NCBI RefSeq assembly: GCF_009914755.1
Contig: NC_060932.1
Length of the DNA: 64,000 nt
Strand: one strand, 5' to 3'
Source of the DNA: the human T2T-CHM13v2.0 reference genome, Homo sapiens
Part shown: in pieces, positions 1-15,870 of the stretch
Numbering within the stretch: position 1 is the first letter of the stretch
Layout: the number at the start of each line of letters is the position of its first letter
Notes under the pieces: generated by a model
What the model saw: only the letters and a program-made list of their open reading frames with translations
Database searches by the model: none
Told to the model about the DNA's origin: nothing
Program-made: the position numbers and the translations under genes

Positions 1-3560
<3,560 letters not shown>

Positions 3561-4332
3561 ATCCTTCAGTTTGGGATTTTCTGACTGATAAATGTATTGT
3601 GTTTAGGGTGCAAGCTGCATATGTGAAGTTGCAGGACTCCCACAGAAATTAAGAATGCTGTTGGTTTTTGCTGGGTTAGGAGACAAGAGGCGTATGTGTC
3701 AGACAGGAAATCTTAGAATCTGTCAGGTTCTGGGAGCAGAAAGAAAACTTCTAAGAGGGGACTGCAGTGTTCAGGTTGCAGTTTCACCCCTAGTGTATCA
3801 TGGGGGTTAACCCTTTCTGCAAAAAAGATTCAGTCTAAACTAAGGAAACAGTTTTTCATGAAAATATCTTTGACGTTGAATGTTCTTAAATAAATAGCAT
3901 TTGTTTTTATAGAAGTTTGACTCTATAGTTAGTCTAAATTTGTAACTAACTCACTAGAATTCATCAATCCTATTAAATGGGAGACAGTGTAATATTACTG
4001 AAGTGGTGGATGGAGTTTTATGAGTAGTAAAAGTTAAGACTAAGTATATAGTTAGTAAGCTGAAATATACCTCTGAGGATTCAGCCTCCTTATTTTATCA
4101 TCAAAGGCCTAAAGTGGAAGTAGTGAAAGTTTTGGAGTTAGGACAGTGTCGCAGTTGTTGTCGACTGTAACCTGCATTACAAAACATCAAGTGGTTGAAG
4201 GAAAAAGGGGGAAATGGCAGCTGTGACTGTGGCATGGATGAGGTTGTGAGATGTAAGGGGGACATCTGAATTCGGGAGGCGAATGAAACCTCTCAGCTGC
4301 TTTTAGTTCTTGCCAACGAATGGTAGCAAATA

Positions 4333-4630
<298 letters not shown>

Positions 4631-5179
4631 AGTCAAGTAAGAGTTGAGCTGTGGGTAGCCGACAGGTTCTCTGTGTTGACACAGGACAAATTTGGGATAC
4701 ATAGATGAGCATGTTTAAGACTTAGAGTGGAAAAAGGGTATCTATGAATTAGTTACGTTTTCTCTGAAGCTTCCTATGAACTGAAAAGAACAGTGCCCTC
4801 CGACATACATGGGAAAGGAGGACGGGTTTCACTGCTTGCACATAAGACCAGCATACAGTTTTCCATGTTTAAAATTTGAATGCAGCAAAATCTAAAACTT
4901 AAGAATCATCTTACGAACATCCGTGGGAAATGTACTTTCAAAGCTTATTGATTTGCTTAAAACCCAGATATGACTCCCAATAGTTCTTGTCTTCTTTATT
5001 CTAAGTATTTAAGCATAAACTGCAGTATATTACTTTAAAGTATTTTCTGAGACCTATGAACTTCAGAGTCAAAACATTTCACTTGGTAGTATTTGTCAAG
5101 ATATTAAATTTAGTTAGACTCCATGAAAAATTATAGAAGATAAGCCAACTCAGAAATGTATTTATTCTTCTGGTTTTAA

Positions 5180-5307
5180 CCCATTTATGCTGGAGGTTGC
5201 AGATTTTTTTGTGAAAAATCAGGCCTTGGTGATGATCTTGAGCAGTAGGACACAAATAACTCCCACAAGCTTAGCGTTGCAGTAATGGGACCCTAGGCAG
5301 AAATGGG
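5180..5307 (-). mobile_element. MER85 piggyBac-family MITE (non-autonomous derivative of PGBD3)
   Basis: TTAA at 5176-5179 and 5308-5311; termini CCCATTTATGC...GCAGAAATGGG; internal AACTCCCACAAGCTTAGCG matches the reverse of the recalled MER85 consensus. Confidence 0.9.
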
Positions 5308-6225
5308 TTAAGATGAACATGGAGCTTAATTTGAATCAGGTGCATATATTTTGACATTTTTTTTGGTAACGTATCATATTCCCACACAATTAAAAAATGT
5401 CATTGGTATATGTAGAACCAGCAGAGAAATGCAAAACATTGAACGATAATGTTAGTGTAGACTATATGTGATAATTTATGAATAATATTTAATGGGCATA
5501 GATGAATGGTGTAAAACATTCTGTAACATATTTGTCTTCATTACAGTATAGCTAGGGCCAATTCTTTAAATATAACTTTAGCAGCAGGATTTCTGAATTT
5601 TAAATTATGGCTTCAGTTGAATGAATTACTCTTAAAATAAATGGTTTTTGAAGGTACTTGGCAGATTTAACCTTTCAAAATAGCCTGAGGCATTATGTTT
5701 GGGACCAAAACCACCAGCATTCTCCAAATGAGAAAGAATTAATTTCCAGGATTAAAATAGGATTTTGAAAACATAAGCTTCATACTGAAGAGACAGACAC
5801 ATGATGAGTTGAGGTCATTGACAGCAACAGCAGAGAGATTCAGGGATTCAGGATTTTGTTTCAAATCCTGCAGCCTCATTCTGTTGTCACTTAATACATA
5901 CTGCCCTCCTACCTCTTGTGGAATCTCCTTAGCATCATAGCCCAGACTTGAGACCTCAAATTAGGAAATAGATGGCTGACGACTCCAGACTCACTGATGA
6001 GGTTTAGAACTCGTTCTGTCATACCAAGCACTTAATTCCGGTGCTTAGAAACATTCGGTATTTGTTGAATGAGTGAGTGCCTTATTTTGGTTAGAGAAAA
6101 AGGTTAGTTTTCATGTTGTACGAGTACTGCTATTGGAACCAAGAGTTGTGAATACACAAAAATATATTTCTGAGGGCCAGGCTATTGTTACGGTTTAGCA
6201 TTACACTGACCTTTCTTGCCCTGGC

Positions 6226-6232
<7 letters not shown>

Positions 6233-6284
<52 letters not shown>
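6233..6284. repeat. (CA)n microsatellite, ~25 units
   Basis: Pure CA run. Confidence 0.98.
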
Positions 6285-6289
<5 letters not shown>

Positions 6290-6353
6290 GTGATCTAAGT
6301 AGCTGACTTCATTAAAATATTGTTAAATTTAACTCTATTAAAAATAAATGTTT

Positions 6354-6655
6354 GGCCAGGTGCGGTGGCTCACGCCTGTCATCCCAGCACTTTGGGAGGC
6401 CAAGGCGGGTGGATCATCTGAGGTCAGGAGTTCAAGACCAGCCCAGCCAACATGGTGAAACCCTGTGTCTACTAAAAATACAAGAATTAGCAGGCATGGT
6501 GGTGGGCACCTGTAATCTCAGCTACTTGGGAGGCTGAGGCAGGAGAATCGCTTGAACCCAGGAGGCAGAGGCTGCAATGAGCTGAGATCCATGCCACTGC
6601 ACTCTAGCCTGGGTGACAGAGTGAGACTCTGTCTCAAATAAATAAGTAAATAAAT
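6354..6655 (+). mobile_element. Alu (AluS-type) with (TAAA)n tail
   Basis: Full two-arm Alu. Confidence 0.95.
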
Positions 6656-6921
6656 CAGTGTTTTATAATCTCAGGAAATGAATCAAATATGACTTTAGCT
6701 TTGTAGAACCAACTTGGATTTCAGTTGTTACGATACCCAGCGGCTAACAGGATAAGACGGGCACCACTCCATTCAAAATAGGATTGTGATTCTCTGTGTA
6801 GAAATGTGTACATTTTCATTTTTCTGTGATAAAAATGGCTTCTAATATTTTATATTTTAGTGTCATGTTAGAGATTTCATTCCATGCTCATTTGTTCATT
6901 CACATGTATTTTTATTTTTAG

Positions 6922-6993
6922 CTCTAAGCGAAAGACATGAGGCCTCAGCCTGAAATGAGGTTGTTTTGAGGTCATCTGATTTCTGACTAGAAG
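6922..6993 (+). other. Candidate 72-nt cassette exon with stops in all three frames
   Basis: Acceptor tatttttatttttag|CTC; donor AAG|gtgagc. Confidence 0.45.
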
Positions 6994-9861
6994 GTGAGCG
7001 ATCGCCTCGTCCTGAAACCACTTCAGCCCGCATGGTAAATGGCAAAGCCAGCGAGAGGGAGGCCTTCATGTGTTTCCGTGTCTGTGCTGCCCCAGTTCCT
7101 TCCTCTTCAAGATTAAAAACATTTTAAAGTTGTAAACCAAAGGTATTAAACAACATACTGACATATCGTACCTAAATTAGCTCAAATGTTTTACAAAAGG
7201 GCTTACATCATAAATGCTAATTAAACCTTTTAGAGCTGTTTTAACATGGCTTTTTAAAGTGAGCTCTTGTGAGCTACCTAATCAGCAACAAAATATTTAT
7301 TATATGAAAAAACCTGAGCCATTAGGAGTTGGAGATTGAAATTTTTTTTTAAACAATAGGGTTTTGCTCTTAAACAAAAGGGAATCCAGACTTACAGGTT
7401 TTTAGACTAGAAAGTAAGGATTCTTGCCACAACTTTTTTTTCTATGTTAAAGAATTGTAATGTTTTATGTATGTGTGTGTTTGTTTATTTTACTTTTTAA
7501 AATATGATGTGCCTTTGGAGAATGTTAGTTGTATCAGTTAGCTTTAAGCTATTACATGTTCAAATATATTTTTTGGTTGAAGATAATACAGTGGCTTCTT
7601 TTTACATTTTAGTAAAACTTTTTTGGGTGGAGGGGAGTGTTATTTAATTATTAAATGTATTCTGATGGACCATGTCCTTTTAAATATGTTGAGGTAGTGG
7701 AGCTTATAAGGCAGTTACTATGTTTAACTCTCCTAAAAATAGAATTCCAATAAGGTTTTTGCTTGGAGTTCAGATTCACACTAAGCTATTATTTCAAATA
7801 AGTGGTTGTTTACGCCACTTCATTTCTTTCACTACATGTAACAGCATTAATAACAAATATAGTATCACAGATTTACTTATGTTTAGCCTAAATTGTGCAG
7901 TCATTTAATTGATGAGATGGTGAGAAAATTAAATTTCATCTCATTCTGGAGGGTGCTACAGAAGGCAAATTGTAAGGAACTGAAAACATCATCATTTTTT
8001 AAAAGTCATCTTTATTTTCATGTTTCTCTTCTGGAGACTCAGTTGTCATGTAATTCTGTGTTACTTAATTTCCCTACAAACAGTATTTTCTTACTGCTTA
8101 ATCTCAGATGTTGAGAGTGATTTAACATTTATAAAATGTGTTCTTTTTCTTCATGTATGTGGCTTTCTGTAATGATAGGGAGAATTATTCACATACACTA
8201 AGAAAAAATTACTCACAAGCTGGCCATGGAAATCTGGGCCCCATTAGGTTGACTGGGAGAGCAGTGATTTTATGTGTGTGGGCTCTTAATAATTTCTGCT
8301 TCCCCAGGCCAGCTTCGCCTTGTTCTTAAAGAAAAACCAGTGTGCACTCAGTGGTTCTTTGTTTGACCATATCTCCTGATGTGTTGTTTTATGCTTTTGG
8401 AAATATGAACTCTGAACTCTTGATTTTCTGTGGAATAATTAAATAAGCTGGTCTAAGTAGCATGGTCTTTAAGCCTATAGTAAATGTTTTATTCATACAG
8501 CTCACTTTTGTATATTAATATTTTTAATGAGAAATAATACTGATGTTTTTACTTTTGGAAATTTTGATTTCTTTTGCCAAAAAATTGTTTTTTTTTCTTT
8601 TTCAAAAAAGGCCTACCTCTTTGTGGTTAGAACAACTTTGAAGAGCATCTTTCTTAGTTCATGTGCTAAAAGTTAATGTAATAGAAGCACAAAGACTGTA
8701 ACCGCTATTACTCGACTAAAAAAATAGTTTCTAAAAGTATGAGATGCATAAGAACAAAATCTATAATTTTAGTTATGCATCTGAATGTCTGTCACCATGA
8801 TGACAACTTTTAAAAGAAAATAAAGACAGAACTAATGCCACTTTAAAGGCTCAAATTATGAATGTGGAGATATTTTGACCCAGTAAATACTCTATAATTA
8901 AGTAGGTGGTGTGGATGAGTATTGTGTAATATTTATTTTGCTTTATGAAAACTGCCTTGTTTTTAAATAAAACTTTAATGTTAGACTTAAGAGCTTATAA
9001 TGGTAAGACGATAAAAAGTATTAACTTAAAATGTTTTGAAAATTATAAAAGTAATTATTGACCATTTCTAAGAAAGTCTTTCCTTTGACATTGTTTAATT
9101 TGTTTCCTTTTTGTTTTTTAGGTTTGCAATTTTTTTTGGTGATGGCATGTTCAGAATCTTGGATCCCTAAGTTCAATATATTGGACATATTTAGGAACTC
9201 TGGAAATTATGTTGTTTTCACATATCTAGTAACTTACTAGATGAATCAGTAGATTTCATTAAAGTATATCTAATAACAGATAATTATGTTGTACTTCTGG
9301 GTTGACATGCATGTCTCTCATTATCAGCTATCAGTATTAGTGTCATGCTTTGGAGACAGTTATCTTTTGAAGGTTTTGGGGTTCTTATGAACCTCATTTT
9401 TCCCAGGAAGTTTCTGTAATTCCTCCTATGCCTATTCTTGTCTTTTCTATCTGCTTGCAGTGTAAGTTATTTAGATCAGAGGCAATTATTTTTCAGGAAG
9501 AAAGAAATCATCAAGTGACACTCCTAAAGGCAGTAAAGACAAAATTTCAGTCTGGAACCGGTCTCAGAATGGCCTGTATTAGAATATGCAAAGTCCATCC
9601 AAATTATATCCAAATATACTTGTGGCACAGTGCTACCAGTTTTTAAAATGAGACGTTACTATGTAGGGCAGAAGTGCCAATGAGGAGAGAGAAGGAGCTG
9701 TTCAGTTTGCCCTCCAGCCGCCACCTCCTTCTATTATTGGCTGAATGAATTAGTGCAAAATTAGTAGCCAAAAGGGTAGACAGTGTGAATGGAAGGGAGG
9801 AGAAGGACAGAAACTTTAATCTCCAGGAAAGCTTATTTATCCTTTAAAAAATGGAAAGTTG

Positions 9862-10208
<347 letters not shown>

Positions 10209-10727
10209 CTACTTTCAGAATGTAGACTAATGTGTTCTCGACCATTGGAATGAATGAGAATTTGTATTTGATAGGAAAGTCAGAAAGTCCTCGAGCGGCT
10301 ATCTTTTTTTCTTACCTGTTCCTGGGATTAAGAAACTTGAGAAGCATTCTGGGGCAGATACATATGATGGTCAAGTAATTGACCAAAACAGGGAAAGACT
10401 GACTTTTAAGACGACATTCAGAGCAACTTGGAAATGGATCAAGGGGAAAGAATGAAGAGAATGCACGGAACTATAGAGACTGAGTAGAAGCTCAGTGGAA
10501 TGTTCGTGTATTCGTTTATTGAAAGTTTGATGGTTGGTGGATTATCCAGTATTTCCGAAACTAGTGTATAGCAGAAGTTTTCATAACATTTCTATTAGAT
10601 GGCTTTTGGAAGCTGAATAGTCTACCCCAATACCCCTGGCTCCTTTTTGCTTTGCTTGTTTTAAGAGAAATTGGCTGGTAATGTATTTAATATAAAGCAC
10701 AGTGAAAACATAAAGTAGGTTTTTTAA

Positions 10728-11041
<314 letters not shown>

Positions 11042-13515
11042 TTAAGTAGGTTTTTAAAAGTCACGTTAAATTTTAATCTGAACCTCTATTGGCTGTTTAG
11101 TCATTTTCTTATTATGACAGGCTTTTAGAAACTTTTATTCTGTGATGCTTTCGTCAGTAGAGGTGTTTCCTCTTAGCCAGTTCTAGCCACAATATTGACT
11201 GGGCCCAGGCATTTGCTACACTCAGAAGGAATTAACCAGGCAGGAGAAAACTTGGTCCCTACTGGAATGAATAGTTTAAAGGCCATCTTAGATGCTGAAA
11301 ACTCTGAGCACAAATGAAAGCGACCCAAGAAGGAAAAACTTCAGAGCCTAAGAATAAAAAATGGTGGTAGGGTTGGGGGATAAACTCACCCAGAGCTGAC
11401 TTAAAGTGCTGTCAGGGAAGGAAGTGCCTTTCCTGGGGAGGATGAGATGGTCCATGCCGGGTCTGGAGCTGTGGGCGTTCTGATGTTGGATAGCCCACCC
11501 TAGCAGGCTGCAGTGTCTTAAGGGTAGTGGCATGAGATCTTTGGAAGTATCGATACATTTCCTAACAGTGAGTTTGAGTTTGTTCTGGTATGTTCTGAAT
11601 GGATATGTGGCTCAAAGATTAACTTAGCTAAAAATAAGTATATTAGATATTAGGGAAATATTGTTAATAAAGGTCTTCTGTCCCTGTTGGATAACTTTAG
11701 AAAATAATGTAGACAACTGAACGTAGTGGAGATGATGGCATGAATACAGTCAGGGTTTGATGCTTGCTTCCTAGAAACTTCCTAGAAATAGAACACATCT
11801 AGACATAGGGAAATAAGGTTCCAAAGAAAACGTTACACTTTTATTCAGATTTTATGTTGGCCTCAGTTGTACTAGAAAAGCGTTTCAGTATGTGTCTCTT
11901 GGGGAATCTGCACCTTCTTGGTCACTGCACTTCATAGCCCGGCATATCACTGAGAATTCAGAAATCTGACTCTTTACCCAGGGACGAATACATCGTTATG
12001 AGTTCAGGTGCACTAAATACATAGGAACACCCAGAGAAAATGAGCCCGAAACAATGGTTCTTTTTATTTTGGAAGTTTCAGACAAACTCTTTGGAAAATT
12101 GAAGAAATCTATGGATCCTTTTCCTGGGAAGACTGTACAGACATACGTATTCGTGTGGTTTCTGTGGGTGTAGGGACTGGCCCTGGTCATGTGTCAGGAA
12201 GCCCCAATCCAGAAGATCGTCTTCATTTTACCTTGGCCGGTGATCTGACTCTGTTCTCGCGCCCATCTGTGGTTGATTCTCTGTCGCCTTGGAATGGAGC
12301 ATCAGATCTTGAAGGTCGCTCATTGCTTTTCCACGCATAGAACTGAGCCACATGGCAAGAGCTTCCTAATGAAATGGACAGAAACTCTCTGCAAAGGGCT
12401 GCCCCAGAAGCACGGGTGATAGAAATAGAGTCCAAGGCACTAAGGCCGCTGAGCCACAGTCCTCCTAGGCAATGCCTCCTGCTGGCTTAGTGGGTTTATT
12501 TCATAAGTTGAGTACTAATGTCCTGTTTTTTAAATGAACATATTTCTTCTAACATTTCTAACAATTATGAAGATTTTCTCCCTAAGTGTGACTTTTTCTT
12601 ATGTCTTGGGGTATCAGATTTACAGCGTAACATGTGTACTTCAAATTGTAGTAGTGACTGGAAATTTAGGATTCTGTTGTTTCATAACACTTAAATCTGC
12701 AGCAGATTTTCAGGAAAATGGTCAAGATTCACAGATAATTCCTTCCTTATTCCTTACAGATTTTACAATTGTATGGTTATTTCTGAATTTGGTTAATTTG
12801 TTTATAAGTGTAGTGGACATTTAACAGAACAGATGCACCCGATTATCTGATTAGAAATGTGTTTCAACACACGGGTCCCTTTGCGTGTTTCCAATCTCTG
12901 TTTTCGGATCTGGGATTCTCCACCTGTTACATCGTTCACTGGAACTTTCCTACAAAATACAGCCTCGCTGAGAGGCGCATCGTGGAAAAATGAAGCAGCC
13001 TGAAGAAACTCTAATATTGGGACCGAGTGGAGAGATGGAAGAGCATCATCAGAGTGGTGCCGCCGCATATGCGGGAGGCGTCCCAGGCAGCATTGCTCTT
13101 TGTACATGAGACAGGATACCACTGTCTTTTATGCATTAGACTGGTAACCAGATAAAATAACCTTGTAAAACAGATCTTTTATGTAAGAAAAATACAACTC
13201 TCACCTCGCAAACATTCCTGTCTGTTGCGGATGAACCTAGCAGCAGGAGAGGAGCCAGGGTCAGTCCACTTGGCCTGAAAGTTAACGTCATATATTCAGA
13301 TGTCAAGGGGTTTCTGTGCATGCTTTTGAAGTATTGTGTTTGGGCTTTTACAACATGTGCCTCACTGTTTCGCATCTACAGAGAGAGTGCCGCTGAGAGA
13401 GGAGCCTGAGTGGATCCGTGCCCAGATCTGCATTCTCTGTCCTCACCACTTCTCCCTGCTGGTTGATATAAATGTGGGGATAACGTCGAGCACAAAGGAG
13501 TCAAAAATTGATCAG

Positions 13516-13806
13516 GGCTGGGTGTGGTGGCTCACGCCTATAATCCTAGCACTCTGGGAGGCCGAGGCAGGAGGACTGCCCAAGGCCAGGAGTTAACATA
13601 GCAAGACCCTGTCTCTACAAAAAATAAAAAAAATCAGCTGGGCATGGTGGTGTGCACTTGTAGTCTCAGCTGTTTGAGAGGCTGAGGCAGGAGGATCTCT
13701 TGAGCCCAGGAGTTTGAGCATGCAGTGAGCTGTGATCGTGCCACTGCACTTCATCCCAGGCGATGGAGTGAGACCCCATCTCTTATTTAAAAAAAAAAAA
13801 AAAAAT
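13516..13806 (+). mobile_element. Alu (AluJ-type)
   Basis: GAGGCAGGAGGATC...GAGCCCAGGAGTTTGAG J-type features; A tail. Confidence 0.92.
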
Positions 13807-14128
13807 TGGAATCCTGTTTATCCGTGTTGCTTTTCTTTGCCAAGTAATCATAGTACAGTTCCTTTCTAGCCCTTTGAAATGTTGCTCATTTTTAGCCCTT
13901 TTGTCATAAGTCAAGATAGAAGCATCACAGTTTGTTCCATCTTCTTTCCTCTCATTGTCATGTTTTGCTCTGGGGATGGGAGGTTTTCAGTTGCCTTAAA
14001 GAGTTCACTTGCTGCCCTTGATTTCTGTCTCCCTTCCTGTAGCTTCTTGTGGGGAAGTAGAATAGATGTGGGCTGAAGGATCTGGGTTGTCTAAGGTTTG
14101 CCTGTAAACATTTTGTAACGTTGTATCT

Positions 14129-14662
<534 letters not shown>

Positions 14663-14854
14663 TGAGTTAAGGAGGTAGTTGAAGAGACCCATGTATGACC
14701 CCAGATGCCAGTAAAACTAATCATGTGCAGGGAAGGTGGTCACGTCAATAAGATTTTGAAAGCAAGATTCATCAAAAAATAGGCCAGATTTGCAGTCCCA
14801 CATGAACCTGCATTGAACCCTCATTGACTATCCAGGTATGTATTACTTTAAAAA

Positions 14855-15870
14855 AATAAAAACTAACATAACCTTAAAACATATTAGCAAATTTCCCTGA
14901 CACACTGAAAGTAGGATATTATTCTAAAATTTTTCCTTTATGTATGTAGCTTTTTAGAAACCCTACAAATGTGTTTTGTGTAAAAGGATGTAGTCTGCAA
15001 TCATTTTCTGACTCTTGGTGTAATAAAAATTAAGTGGCCTAATTATTTAAAAGCTTGTCGTTTGAAATTATTTTTTGAGAAACAGTTTAAAGCATGATAC
15101 TATTTTTGCTTTTCATGTAATGTATAAGTATTCGCAGAAGCTGCTTGTATATGTTTGTGTTCCATGTATGAAAATGTTGTAAACAGGGTCCATGTATTTC
15201 CCCAGTGAGAGTTGCTGATCTTTTGGCTGTAATTAGCAAGTGCTTGAGGTTGGGGTGGCTGGAAATGAATATCAAGCTTTTCGGTGCCTGGAGCCAACTT
15301 TGTCCAAATAAAAGAGCTTTGTACTGTGAAGGAATTTTACTAAGTAAATTTTGTTTAAAAAATCCACGTGAATTAAAGGAAAGGAAATGAAGAAGAAGAT
15401 CGTATCAATACGATGATCTAAATCAGTGTTCTGCAACTTTTCTACCCAGTCATCAGTGGGAGTGAATCAGTAGGAATGTGGGGAAGGGAGTGAGGGGAGA
15501 CCCCCTTCTTGACTCAGCAGTGGTGACGGTCGGTGTGTCCTGCAGACCTGAAGCCAAGATCAAGGGGGCTTGAGCACCAGGAGCCCCCGCAGTTGCTGAA
15601 TGACCAGCGGAGGGCAGGTGCCAGCCTGTGGCAAAATAGGAAAGAAAAGGACAGGATGGGGACTTCACCATTTTTTTCAGCCTTAAATTGTTCCTTAAAC
15701 CTTCATGTCCTTTTCTCTAATGTGTGTTCTTGTTTGGTAAAATAAAAAAGTTTGTAACCCTGAGTTCTCTAAAGATATACATTCTTTTTTACTGGTTTGT
15801 GAAGTCAGAAGGATGAGAGCTGCTATTTCTTGGAACCGTGCAATAAATATTAGCATATTCAGTCTCAGTT
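14855..15870 (+). terminator. Cluster of AATAAA polyadenylation signals (14855, 15022, 15307, 15741, 15842)
   Basis: Hexamers seen directly; dense TGTA motifs at 14940-15185; U/GU-rich tract after 15780. Confidence 0.5.

Noticed and set aside
5801-6000. C/D-box snoRNA (ATGATGA ... CTGA)
   Set aside because: Boxes ~190 nt apart with no terminal stem seen
9428-9646. Standalone 72-aa small ORF
   Set aside because: Starts within a polypyrimidine tract with weak context; better explained by the splice-site region
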